64,000 nucleotides of DNA from Carpediemonas membranifera BICM (taxonomy: Eukaryota > Protista > Fornicata), in contig JAHDYR010000003.1 of NCBI GenBank assembly GCA_019828565.1, forward strand, positions 186,001 through 250,000. The letters are read 5' to 3'. Numbering within the stretch: the stretch's first letter is position 1; each line of letters starts with the position of its first letter. Positions 42,634 to 53,423 of this stretch are shown piece by piece. The notes beneath the pieces were generated by a model. It saw only the letters and a program-made list of their open reading frames with translations, ran no database searches and was not told the DNA's origin. The translations under genes were made by a program, and so were the position numbers.

Positions 42634-43278
42634 TCAACGATACATAGGGCTGCCAGAGGGTTGCATGGGCATGAAAGGCATCACCATGCCACCTCCGCCC
42701 ATCATCATCATCGGCTGATGAGGTGATGGCATAACCTGTCGAACGGGTTGCATCGTCAATCCACTCGGTACTGGTTGGGGCATGTTGGCGGGCTTAGGGT
42801 GCTTCGTAGGGGCCTTCTTCTTGCCAGTGGGCTCGACAGTCTTGACCTCCCAGCTCTCCGCGCTCATCGTTACGAAGTCCGACAACGTGAGCTTGCCGTT
42901 CACGACGCCCATGTACTTGGCAGAACGGGCAGACTGTACGGCCCACGTCCCACCCTCTATCGGGGCCAGCCTCCATACGTGTTCGGCCCGCTTCTTGTAC
43001 TTGCCGCGTTTCTCGGGCTTGATTTTCTTGGCACGAATACGGCGGCCTTTGGCGAAGAGATAGGCACCTGTTGGTGGATGGACGATGTGGTAGAAGTTGT
43101 CTTGTCCGGTGGATTGCAGCATCAGCGTTGTCTTGCCCTTGCTGGTGAGTATTCGGTTCTTGAGGCTGATGTTCCCGGACTTGTTCACAGAGAGCATGCG
43201 GTGGTCAACGCAAATAAGCTTGAATGCTGCTCCGTCTCGTAGGCGGAACAGGTCCTTTGGTCGCCTCCTGAATAGCAT
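42634..43278 (-). CDS. Small basic protein, possible beta-trefoil (fascin/ricin-like) with a Met/Pro/Gln-rich tail
   Basis: Repeated motifs YHIVHPPTGAYLFA and WAVQSARSAKYMGV, ending AESWEV. Confidence 0.55.
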   Translation of the reverse strand: MLFRRRPKDLFRLRDGAAFKLICVDHRMLSVNKSGNISLKNRILTSKGKTTLMLQSTGQDNFYHIVHPPTGAYLFAKGRRIRAKKIKPEKRGKYKKRAEHVWRLAPIEGGTWAVQSARSAKYMGVVNGKLTLSDFVTMSAESWEVKTVEPTGKKKAPTKHPKPANMPQPVPSGLTMQPVRQVMPSPHQPMMMMGGGGMVMPFMPMQPSGSPMYR

Positions 43279-46155
43279 TCTTCGTCGGTTGAATTGTTGT
43301 CCACGCCGCAATTAGCCCAGCGCCCGAATTAGCTCCCCAGCTTCTCAATCGGGACACGTCTGTCGATGTATCTGTCGCTGGCATGGTTGCTTGGCATGAT
43401 CAGTTGGCTGCATGGACTCAGGTCAACTGCGGCGTCAGAGAGAGGACGATTCCTTGCGCGTAGGGGACGACCTAGACACCAGCTAGAGTCATTAGAGGAT
43501 GCTTGGCGAGGTGATACCCGGATGCCCGGATTGAGCTGTTCCGCTTGTTGCAGATCCCAAAGTGTCAGTGCGCCGGTGTCCTCACTCACAAATCACCCCA
43601 GTTTCGGCCCAAGACTCCGCCTGCTACCAACAAACGAGATGCAGCTCACTTTATTAGCCTGCTCTCCCGGGGGATAGCACAGGATGGTTAGAAGACTTGT
43701 CTGACCCTTGTGTGATAGAGGCCGGTGCCATGTGTGCCGAGATGAGCCTTGCGGCCATCAATATCAGTTGTATTGTGCTCCTCAACGTCCATTATTTGAT
43801 TGATTGGTTGTGGTGGTGTTCTGTTCGAAGAAAATCTCGCTGGATCCAAATGAATCCCAGATCATCCAGATCATGAGGTTGTCCGGTACTCATGTCAGCG
43901 TGCCATCGGCGGTGTACATGCCATAGTTACATGCAGCCGGGCAAATCTGTCAGCTTGAGATTGATGATTGCCCGTGAATACTGACCGGACATGACCTGCT
44001 TCACAAACGAACAGCGTGTCGACTCCCGTTCGCTGTGATCCCATGGGGGTCCAAGCGGTGGGCCTCTTGTCCAGGCTGGCCAGGAGGACGGACTTGATGC
44101 TGTTCTTGGAAACCATTGGACGAAAGGAAATTGTAGCACCATAATCAGGCAACGCTGCTACTACTAAACAGGTTAAGCGCATAGTTTAAACCGGTGCGGC
44201 CACATTAGGCGCACTAATGAAGACTGTTACATCGTTGAGATTCTCTGCATCTTAATGTCGCCGATCTGCACGCCAAGAGAACCACAGCCGTACCTGCGAC
44301 CATCGCACTCAGTCGTTGCGTATTCTTCGTTGAGATCCATTTTGTTTTTGCGTCTTCCTCCTCAATTGGCCGAGTCACTTTTGGGTCAGCCGATTGGTTG
44401 AGCGACAAGGCGTGTTCTCGACTGGGAACTCCTTGTATCTGGGTTGGTAGACCGGTGATCAAGTTTAAAGAGGATCTGTGCTTCACGAGTTGGCACACCA
44501 ACGATGACAAATCAAACTTGCTCCCGACGCATGAATCTCCCCAGAGTACTGACTGGAAAGGGGTCCATATTCGTGCCGCACCCCGCTAATCCCAGACAGT
44601 AATTGCATGCGGCTGTGCTGCTCCAGCCAGCCAAGGCACGGTGAAGGGAGCAACCAGTGATGCACGAGTAGGCTAAACTCACCCAATCCATCGCTCTCGT
44701 TCGCCAATGCTGCTCATGCCCCGACCATGAGCTCCTGGCTGGATATGGCACGACACAGGGCGTGTCACCATCATTGCTGCTTTCATTCCATTACTACGCT
44801 GCTCCTTTGCTGCAACGTAGCATCATCAAGGTTCTTTACTAAGGCCATTACTTCGGGAAAGAGGAGGCTAAATGAGAGCCGCCACCAATGATTTCGCCGC
44901 GTCCATCGGTGCGCACCATAGTTTCACTTTCTTCGCCAAATCCGAGGCCTTGATGCGTTGACTGTTGCTGTCCCATTTCGTTTTCGTTTCGTTTTGTGTC
45001 ATAACCTGCACCGCCCAAAGATAACTGAGCATTATCACGCCACTGGACAGTGTGCATGAGTCATAATACTTAGACTCCTAGACGTCGATCCAGCCAACCT
45101 GACGCCAGACTTTTGGAGATTCGAATGGTTGGCTGGAAATCGTATCCTGTTGCTTTCTTGGGTATCACCGGTATCTCGCTCATCACTCCGGCATGACACA
45201 TAGAATTCCAGATTCTAGGTGTGTTACTGGTGTTTATTGACGCAACTACATGCCCCCGACCGAGTATCCCCCAATGCAAGTCTTCCCGGTGGAAGGAACG
45301 GCGTAGAAGGTGTCGATGTCAGTCTTATTGTCCTCTTCACCAAAAGATACAGTGTTACTTGAACTGTTACCGTTTCCCATCGCTTTCTGCTCAATTGTGT
45401 GTCCTGTGTGTCTTGTGAGCCCCGAGATTTTTGTTCGAGTACGTAAAGCATGTAAATCAGAATAGGAGGCTGGCAGGAACAATGCGGGCTCGCCATGGAT
45501 ACCGCTGCCTCCCCCTTGAGAGAGCTATTCAGAACATGATCGGCCGGGTTAAGGGCTTAGGGCCCGAGCTTCACGAACGCTCAATCTTAATGCTCAATCA
45601 ATAGCACACGAGGAAATACGAGAATGTTAACAAGCAAGTGGGGAATCGCGCTGAGCATCCCACTCAACCTCCCGACCTGACACGAGTTGAACTGTTACGC
45701 GAAAAATTCAATGGCGAGGCTGCACGGGCACGGTGGAAATAGCAAACGTAGTCCGCCCCGTGTTCGGTCATACTGCAATCAGTGAGGCACTCAATCGATT
45801 GGAAGGCTGTGTTCATTCTTTCGTCCTTTTTCCAAAGCATACCAATACGAGGATCAGAGACATGCAATGGCCAAGCAATCAGCGTTGCAAAGCGTTTTTA
45901 ATGCCGAGTATTGCTTTAGAAGCCGCCAGTGGACTTGCGGCCGGGAGGGGCTCTAATGTAGGTGCTCAAGTAGACGTTGGAATCACGGCAATCTTTCTCA
46001 CAACCAAGATCAGAAATACCATCGCCGAGGGAAGCTGAAGCTGATCTCGAGGCGTTTCCCATTGTTTTCTTCTTCAGCTGCTAGATGCTCAAATGTTATG
46101 TGATCACACGTATTTCATCCGAGATTCATGTAACCGACTAAATTTATCTTGCAAA

Positions 46156-48606
46156 TTACTCCTTGTCGTGCTCCGCAATCCATGACTTCGCCTTCACCGT
46201 GAGATCGGCAATAATTTGCATGCTGACCTTGATCGTCTTGGTGGCAATAGTGGTAACGCCCTCGACCGAGTTGGCAACGAGGAAGCCGTCCTCGAGCACA
46301 GCGTCGATCTGCTTGGCCTCAATCATGGCCGTGGCGGTGGCAACAACAATGGCCTCCTCCACACCGAGCATGCGGGATAGGCGGGCAACACCGATGGCGC
46401 GGTAGACACCAAGGTTGGCAGCGATAAACATACCGACGGAGAGACCGGTGGGGCCGACGATGGCCTGCTTGATGTGCTCAGAGACGGCCTCCACGGTGGT
46501 CGCGGGGATCGCAGCCCAGAGGTGCGACAGGCCACCGAGGGCCTCGAGAGCCTTGGAGACGTCACCAACGAGGAGGGCGCGGGTGGCGATCACAACAGCA
46601 GCGACGGCGGCGTCCTTGGCGACGGGGACGGCGTCGTGGCCAGAGGCAGCAAGGTGGAAGGCGATCTTGCGGAAGGGCTTGGGGCCGGCGCGAGCGGCGT
46701 GGGTGGCAGTGATGGCGGCGTGGGCAAGACCGTCGCTCACCAGGGCAGCAACAAGAGCAGCGGCGGCGACCGTCTCGATGGGGATGAAGCGGTGGGTGGG
46801 CACCCCGGGCATGTCGCCGTCAGTGCGGCCGGACTGGCCGATGAGGTCGGGGAAGCGGGGGGCTGAGGTCAGGTCCGCGAGGATGTACGCAGCGTCGTCA
46901 AACTTGCCGTCCTTGAATGCGGCCAGACCGATGGCGACGATGCAGCGGTTGGCGAGCATCTGGAGGGTCGTGTCAGTGTGGACGGCGGGGATGTCGGCAG
47001 CACCGTCCGGGCCGTCGAGGAGGGCAGCCGCGCCCGTGTAGTCGCCGAGCATGGAGAGGTGGAGGCAGGTTGACAGCTTGAGCAGGGCGAGGGGGCGGCC
47101 CTCAGTGGCGAGAACACGGGCAGCGGTGGCCTTGAACGTGTTGGCGAGCACGGGGCCGAACTCTGTGCCGAGGACGTCCTTGGAGGTCTCCTGGAGGGCG
47201 ATCTGGAGGACGGGGGCGGTAGCATCGCGGGACGTGTTGGGGAGGGTGCGTCTAAAGTCGGCAACAACCTTGCGGGTAGAGCCAACGATGTCAGCGTAGG
47301 CGGCGGGGGTCATTCCGCACAGGAGCTGGACACGGGCATCGGAGAGGGTGCTCTGGCCGTTACGGAGGCGGTGGGCGACAGTCTCGTCGGCGTCCTCCAT
47401 GCGCTGTGTGAATACGGCGCTGACTCGGGCCATGAGGTAGGCAAGCAGCTTCTCACCTGCCAGCGTGTCGGCATAGGATGAGGTGCCGACGGGGACACCG
47501 ACCTGCATGTGTACAAGCTCGCGGTAGAGGCCGCTAGTGACAGCAGCGACCTTAGCCTCGAGGGAGACGGGGCCGAGGGCAGTGGTGTCGTGGGCGGCGA
47601 GCCACAGGGAAGGGGCGGCGTCCGTGAGACACATGGCGGCGTCCACAGCAGCCCAGGCGTCGAACCAGGCGTCAGGCTCCATGACCTGGTTGGTCTCGTA
47701 GTGAGCGGTGACGACAATGTCTGCCATCTCGAGCAGGCAGCGGGCCCGGCGCTGAGCAGAGTCTGTGCGGTGCAAGAGGACGTCGCACTCCTTGAAAAAG
47801 CGCTGGGGCTCGGCCTTCTGGGTGCGGGCCTTGCGGAGGACGGCGTCGAGGGCGGCGTCCCAGTCCTTCTCGGCCATGAGAGTTGGACGAAGGGCGGCAG
47901 TCTCAGACCGGGCAGACTTTGCTGCCTGGCGCTCACGGTGGCGCTTAGCGGCGCTGCGCTCCTTGATCTCGCCTTCCTCCTCGTCAGAGCTCTTGAGCCA
48001 CTTAGAATCAAACTCTTCTTCAGAGTCGGAGGACCACTCGTCCTCCTCGTCAGACATCAGGTCGTTCTCGGGCTCAAGCTGAAGGCCGAAGAAGGCCCAG
48101 ACACGGGCGTAGTCGCCAGTCTCGACTTCGTACTCGGATTCGGCGTCGGATGTGTTGCCAGCGTCTTCCTCAGCCTCGGCGGCCTCGCCAAGCCACTCGT
48201 CAACCTTCTCACTAGCAGCAGCACGGCTGGACTCCTTGATCTCGTCGCTGGCCTTGGCGTCCACAGCGGTGTGGAGCTCGGTGACGGCCTTCTGGACATT
48301 GTTGGGGAGACGGCTGCTCCAGTCCTCGGCCACGCGCTCATCCAGGTTGAAGATAACGAAGGCAGCGATGAAGATGTTCTCCTCAGTGACGTTGCTGTAC
48401 TTCCCAGACTTGATGGCAGCGGTAACGAGCTGGATCGAGCGAGCAAGATCCTTGGAGATGTTGTTGAGGCGCTGAACGCGGTTCTGAGCATCACAGTCGA
48501 TAATAGACTGATAGAACCCCTCAATGTTGCTTACAATAGTGCCGAGCTTGACCATTGCGCTGTGCTTCGTGCAAATCTTTTTTTCACAGTCACCGGAGTC
48601 ATCCAT
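46156..48606 (-). CDS. eIF3c: Translation initiation factor 3 subunit C-like (divergent, PCI domain; start uncertain)
   Basis: Acidic N-terminal region, QMLANRCIVAIGLAAFKDG..DLIGQ..PTHRFIPIE, and a C-terminal PCI-like segment VYRAIGVARLSRML..MIEAKQIDA. Confidence 0.7.
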   Translation of the reverse strand: MDDSGDCEKKICTKHSAMVKLGTIVSNIEGFYQSIIDCDAQNRVQRLNNISKDLARSIQLVTAAIKSGKYSNVTEENIFIAAFVIFNLDERVAEDWSSRLPNNVQKAVTELHTAVDAKASDEIKESSRAAASEKVDEWLGEAAEAEEDAGNTSDAESEYEVETGDYARVWAFFGLQLEPENDLMSDEEDEWSSDSEEEFDSKWLKSSDEEEGEIKERSAAKRHRERQAAKSARSETAALRPTLMAEKDWDAALDAVLRKARTQKAEPQRFFKECDVLLHRTDSAQRRARCLLEMADIVVTAHYETNQVMEPDAWFDAWAAVDAAMCLTDAAPSLWLAAHDTTALGPVSLEAKVAAVTSGLYRELVHMQVGVPVGTSSYADTLAGEKLLAYLMARVSAVFTQRMEDADETVAHRLRNGQSTLSDARVQLLCGMTPAAYADIVGSTRKVVADFRRTLPNTSRDATAPVLQIALQETSKDVLGTEFGPVLANTFKATAARVLATEGRPLALLKLSTCLHLSMLGDYTGAAALLDGPDGAADIPAVHTDTTLQMLANRCIVAIGLAAFKDGKFDDAAYILADLTSAPRFPDLIGQSGRTDGDMPGVPTHRFIPIETVAAAALVAALVSDGLAHAAITATHAARAGPKPFRKIAFHLAASGHDAVPVAKDAAVAAVVIATRALLVGDVSKALEALGGLSHLWAAIPATTVEAVSEHIKQAIVGPTGLSVGMFIAANLGVYRAIGVARLSRMLGVEEAIVVATATAMIEAKQIDAVLEDGFLVANSVEGVTTIATKTIKVSMQIIADLTVKAKSWIAEHDKE

Positions 48607-48723
48607 TTCAAACTGCTGGTCACGCTCACAAACAGACAAATATGCCCCCCTAGCTGCGTCCGATAGCCAGATAAGTACCAGTTTACTTCTGATCTCCACA
48701 TTCAGTCGTTCTTCAAAGCCGGC

Positions 48724-49518
48724 TCAATCAATCTGGAATAGTTTTCTAATGAGCCTATTGGCGAACCCTCGCCTCCTAGACCTGTGGGATGGCTCAAGCG
48801 GTGGCTCCAGATAGTAGCTGCTCGGCCTGTGATACTGTGAAAGCAACCGCTCAAAATACGCCTCTGGGTTGGCGATTGTGTCATCGGATCCTGAGAAGTG
48901 GGGGTCGAAGTAGAGCCGGGTGCACATCTCCTTCTCCAGGACGTGTGAGATGACGAAAGTCTGCATACTGCTCGCCCTATTGTGGTAGTCGATGCAGATG
49001 AGGACAAGGACGTTGTTGGAGCACAGCTTCACAACCAGGTCGAAGGGCGCGTTCTTCATGACCATTTTGCTGACGTTGAACGCCGGGTGGAAGATATACT
49101 TCACTTGATCGATCCGACAACGCTTGGGAGGGATGATTTGGATCTGAACGTTGTACCAGCCGTGTGCCCGCATACCTTGGGACAGCGATTCGGGGCTTGG
49201 CATGGTCATTACGGCCAGGTTGCTGACTCGCCAGACGCTGTCGCCGAGTTGGTTGAGGTCGATGGGCGCGTTGCAGTTGGGGCATTTGATCGCATTGAAG
49301 TGGAGCCAGCGCAGCAGACACGTGTGGTGGAACGTATGGGAGCAGGGCAGTTCATACAGATCGTCCGCGTCGGCGTCGTGCGGCCTAATCTCTTCTTGGC
49401 AAATGGTGCAAAAACCATTCGCTTCCTTTCGCTCAACGGGCTCACTGGAGACGGATAGGCTGTCTGTGGTGGTCTCTACAGCGGATATGTCGTAAATTCC
49501 GCGGCCTGTATCGGTCAT
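48724..49518 (-). CDS. RING-H2 protein with a C-terminal YEATS-like domain
   Basis: CTIC..LPCSHTFHHTCLLRW..CPNC, then IDQVKYIFHPAF..KNAPFDL. Confidence 0.75.
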   Translation of the reverse strand: MTDTGRGIYDISAVETTTDSLSVSSEPVERKEANGFCTICQEEIRPHDADADDLYELPCSHTFHHTCLLRWLHFNAIKCPNCNAPIDLNQLGDSVWRVSNLAVMTMPSPESLSQGMRAHGWYNVQIQIIPPKRCRIDQVKYIFHPAFNVSKMVMKNAPFDLVVKLCSNNVLVLICIDYHNRASSMQTFVISHVLEKEMCTRLYFDPHFSGSDDTIANPEAYFERLLSQYHRPSSYYLEPPLEPSHRSRRRGFANRLIRKLFQID

Positions 49519-49839
49519 TCAATGGTGGGAAGGGTTCGTACATCAAAGTTCGTACAGCAGGATAAAACAGCGGAACATGGGAGATGGTCGTGGTTTTGGA
49601 GAACTAAATAGGGTCGATGGGGTTCGTAACAAGGCCATTCACGGCCATCTGTCGAATCATGTCCAAACCATGGTTGCGAGGGTAATCCTGCGCTATCAGG
49701 TCACAGTCAAACCTGCACTCAGCGGGTTCGCAGCTCGTCGGGGGTGTGGTTGGGCAGAAGTACCCCATCCTTTCCTGACTCTGCCAACCACGCCCTTGCT
49801 CATGCTTGACCCGTGAACAACTTTACAGCAACTTCCCAC

Positions 49840-50892
49840 TCAGCTCTCCTGGGCTAGTTTCCTCTCCTCCATGAGCTCAGCGGCCTCCTCGTCATCATCA
49901 AACACGACTTCGTCTGACCCGACATACCGAGAGGCAGCAAAGAGTTTCTTCTCGTGCTTATCAATGAACTGGATGATGTCCTGCATCATCGAGAGCAGGG
50001 TCGACAGCTGCTCTGCGGTAACACTCTGGCTGGCAACCAATAGCGGTGCTTTCACGAAGAACCGCAAGAAATGCTCCACGCCATACACCCTGCTGGGGAC
50101 GAAAGGCGCCTTGATGTCCGGTGGTCCCTTAAACAGTGTGGCGCAGCTCTCCAACCGCTGTGGGCGTGACTGGAGGCTTTCGAACTGGTCCCACTCTTCT
50201 TTGTACAGCAGGAACTCGGAGAAGTACGTGTTGAAGCAACGGAGCAGCCCTTTGGTGAACAAGAGGTAGAGGGAACGGCGACCAGAGGCAAGCTCGGCGT
50301 CGTCGAAGTTGAGGTTCTCGAGAAGAAAATCGACTACAATCTTGTCAACCGAGTAATAATCAGTCGACCGCGGCAGGTTCAGAAGCTTGCCCAGCTCAAC
50401 GATATTGTGGTGATCAGTCGCCATCCTGGCCTGCAGCTCCGGTGTGAACTGGAGACTGAGGGGCTCAAGGGGCGAGTCCGTCACGGTGGCGCCATAGTCG
50501 GTCATAATCTCATCCATGGTGCGGGGAGCAGTGGGGATCAATTCAAGAAGGTCGGGCTCAACTGAGACTAGCTCGGTGACGGCGGTGGCAGCCAATGGAG
50601 TGGGGAGCTCCAGGAGGGAGCGGATCTCCTCAGGAAGGTTCGGTTGATCTAGAAGTGTGGTCTTGTTGCTCGTAGTGCTTGCAGATTGCTTCTGAATCTG
50701 ATTGAATGGGATCCAGGCATCATTCCTTGAGTTCCAGCCCTTGTAGTGTATCAAAGCGGTTCCTTCTTCAGCGTTGATGAGAGAAACACGCCCCTCAACA
50801 AGCTGCCCTTTCATAGCATTCATTGGACAAGCAACAAGGTCACCAATGGAAAAGGGACAGCTCATGTCGATTCTCCGCGACGATCTTGACAT
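49840..50892 (-). CDS. MRG15/Eaf3-like chromo-barrel plus MRG domain protein
   Basis: LIHYKGWNSRNDAWIP, LLNLPR, FN..LLYKEE and PSRVYGVEHFLRFFVK. Confidence 0.88.
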   Translation of the reverse strand: MSRSSRRIDMSCPFSIGDLVACPMNAMKGQLVEGRVSLINAEEGTALIHYKGWNSRNDAWIPFNQIQKQSASTTSNKTTLLDQPNLPEEIRSLLELPTPLAATAVTELVSVEPDLLELIPTAPRTMDEIMTDYGATVTDSPLEPLSLQFTPELQARMATDHHNIVELGKLLNLPRSTDYYSVDKIVVDFLLENLNFDDAELASGRRSLYLLFTKGLLRCFNTYFSEFLLYKEEWDQFESLQSRPQRLESCATLFKGPPDIKAPFVPSRVYGVEHFLRFFVKAPLLVASQSVTAEQLSTLLSMMQDIIQFIDKHEKKLFAASRYVGSDEVVFDDDEEAAELMEERKLAQES

Positions 50893-51028
50893 AAACTGCG
50901 CCGTTGAAATCCGGCAGCAAGGGTCTGGGTTGGCCGGCGTGTGTGGAACAGCGCACGCCAGAAGATGGCAGTAGTTTGACTGGTTGCCGGCGGTGCAAGT
51001 TGCACCAAGTCTAAACGACGCGCGGGCA

Positions 51029-53344
51029 ATGGATCTCGACGCAGTCCTTCGCAACCATTCCAATGACGCCTCTGCTAGTATCAAGAAGGGTGGAAATATC
51101 CAACGTCTGGACAGAAAGGTTGGTCAGCGCGTATGCGCCTCACAAGTAGTTGTTGACCTTCGTTCAGTCTGCAAAGAGCTTATCGAGAACAGTCTTGACG
51201 CTTCCTCCACATCCATCAAGGTATCATTTGCAGGCAACGGCTTTGAAAGCATCACTGTCTCCGACAACGGGACTGGCATCACCCCTCAGTTCCACGAGCT
51301 CCTCTGTCGCCGCCACACCACAAGCAAGATCGAGAACGCCGACGACATAGTCCATGCTGCATCTTTTGGGTTCAGGGGCGAGGCCCTCCACAGTCTCTGC
51401 TCCTTTGCCGACTTGGTGGTGACAACGTCAAGCACTGAGAATGGTGTGGGGCACAGGATTGTATATGACTCTGATGGGGTGCTGGTGGAGTCCACAGAGA
51501 CTGCGAGAACACGGGGGACCACAGTGACAGTCAGCAACCTCTTCCGCCCCTTCCCCGTTCGTCTCCGTGCTCTGCAAAAGAGGGCCGGGGTCGAGTTCAA
51601 CCGGGCCGTCCTGGCAATCCAAGAGTACGCCCTTGTAGCCCCCAGCGTGGCTTTCTCCGTCTCCACCATGAAGAACAGCAGGCCCACCGTAGTCTTTGCC
51701 ACTTCTCTTGGCTCGACCTTGACACAGTCGGTCGGCCGTATATTCGGGGGATCTCTACTGAAGACCCTGGTGCCCATTGATACCGGTACTGTGTCAGGCT
51801 TTATCAGTGGTGCCTCTTATGGTCGAAATACAGCTGACCGTCAATTCATATCGATCAATAATCGCCCAGTCGATGTACCAGAACTTTCAGGGGCCCTGAA
51901 CAACGCCTTCCGCGCTGTCTCCCATTACCGTTTCCCCTGTATCTTTATAACTGTCAAGGTGGCCCCCGACGCCATTGATGTGAACGTCACCCCAGACAAG
52001 AGGACAGTACTTCTCAGAGATAGACAGACAGTGGTCGGTCAGGTCGTAGCGGCGGCAGGGGCGGTGTGGGGTGTGGCTGGAGAGGCTCCCGTGGTTGGTG
52101 GGAAGCGGGCCCGGGGCGAGGGCGCTGTCGTGCTCGGGCCAGGCCAGGAGAGCGTTGAGGAGGAGGGTGAAGTCGGGGACGTTGACGAGAGCGAAGACGG
52201 CGAGAGTGTCGAGGCTGAGGCCACCAATGACAACAGCTCCGTGGCCCAACAACCGATCGCCCACGAATCCTCCGACTCCAGTGACTCCGAGCCCGACTCA
52301 CCTGGCAGTCTCGTGGACTTCGTCGAGGAGTGCGAGGCTGCGGCTGAGGCTGAATACCAGCCTAACGCCCGAGAAAGCACTGACGACGATGATCTGGGCG
52401 ATGAAGGCGTGCAGGAGAGGGAAGAGATCGACCCTATATCTCTGCCTGTAGACCCGAGACCGCTGACCCAACCCGCACTGATTCACGCGATACCCAATAC
52501 CGTTGACGTGGGGAAACGGGTGGCCAGAAGACCCACTAATGTTGTTGTTCGAAGCACTAGCAACTGTGACAACGCTGATGACGATGTTAGTGACAGTGGC
52601 TGTGCTGGTAGCGAGCCCAGTGTGGTAATCGACCAAGCCAGTGCCGAGATCGGACTGGATACTGAGATGGATCTCCATATTGACCCGAATCTCATCGATC
52701 TAGATCTAGTTGTCCCTGATGCGATCGACCATACGACAATCTCAGAAGAGATTCAGTTCACAAGATCCGATCTCGACAATCTCACAGTCATTGGTCAGTT
52801 TAACAACGGATTTATTCTCTGCCAGACACGGATAGAGGGGTCGACCCGCCGCAACATTTTTATTATCGACCAGCATGCTGCCGAGGAGGCTTATAATTAT
52901 GAGCAGCTGATGACACGACGGTCTGGCCGACAAGCTTTGGTGCAGCCGAGAGTTGTTGATGGTCTTAGTTCAGGGCAGATAGCGATAGTCCAAGAGCACG
53001 ATGAGTTATTCCGGAATGCCGGATTCGACTATGATGTTGTCATCCAGGACGGTCGGGAAGTCATGCGACTCTTGGCCGTTCCCACTGTGCAGGGTAAGCC
53101 TCTCGGTGCAGAAGATATCGAGGAGATGATCGCAAAGATTCCTGACGCTCTTGTGAGCCAGGCTGGTCCCCAGAAACTGCACGACTTCATCGCTATGAGA
53201 GCATGTAAGATGTCCATCAAGATGGGCGACGAGCTCAAGGAGGGCCAGCTCAGGAGGGTGTTAGGGCACATGAAGGCGGCCCAGAGGCCTTGGTTTTGCC
53301 CTCACGGCCGGCCGACAATCAAGTGTCTCGGTGGATTTGAGTAG
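51029..53344 (+). CDS. PMS2: MutL homolog PMS2 (yeast Pms1) mismatch-repair endonuclease
   Basis: KELIENSLDA, DNGTGI, FGFRGEAL, DVNVTPDKR, GQFNNGFI, DQHAAEEAYNYE, ACKMSIKMGD and CPHGRPT. Confidence 0.95.
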   Translation: MDLDAVLRNHSNDASASIKKGGNIQRLDRKVGQRVCASQVVVDLRSVCKELIENSLDASSTSIKVSFAGNGFESITVSDNGTGITPQFHELLCRRHTTSKIENADDIVHAASFGFRGEALHSLCSFADLVVTTSSTENGVGHRIVYDSDGVLVESTETARTRGTTVTVSNLFRPFPVRLRALQKRAGVEFNRAVLAIQEYALVAPSVAFSVSTMKNSRPTVVFATSLGSTLTQSVGRIFGGSLLKTLVPIDTGTVSGFISGASYGRNTADRQFISINNRPVDVPELSGALNNAFRAVSHYRFPCIFITVKVAPDAIDVNVTPDKRTVLLRDRQTVVGQVVAAAGAVWGVAGEAPVVGGKRARGEGAVVLGPGQESVEEEGEVGDVDESEDGESVEAEATNDNSSVAQQPIAHESSDSSDSEPDSPGSLVDFVEECEAAAEAEYQPNARESTDDDDLGDEGVQEREEIDPISLPVDPRPLTQPALIHAIPNTVDVGKRVARRPTNVVVRSTSNCDNADDDVSDSGCAGSEPSVVIDQASAEIGLDTEMDLHIDPNLIDLDLVVPDAIDHTTISEEIQFTRSDLDNLTVIGQFNNGFILCQTRIEGSTRRNIFIIDQHAAEEAYNYEQLMTRRSGRQALVQPRVVDGLSSGQIAIVQEHDELFRNAGFDYDVVIQDGREVMRLLAVPTVQGKPLGAEDIEEMIAKIPDALVSQAGPQKLHDFIAMRACKMSIKMGDELKEGQLRRVLGHMKAAQRPWFCPHGRPTIKCLGGFE

Positions 53345-53423
53345 GATGATAGAGATATCTTATTATATTGGATAAAATTTTGTGGAGGAAGAAATCTCTT
53401 GATACAAAACATATACATGCTGA

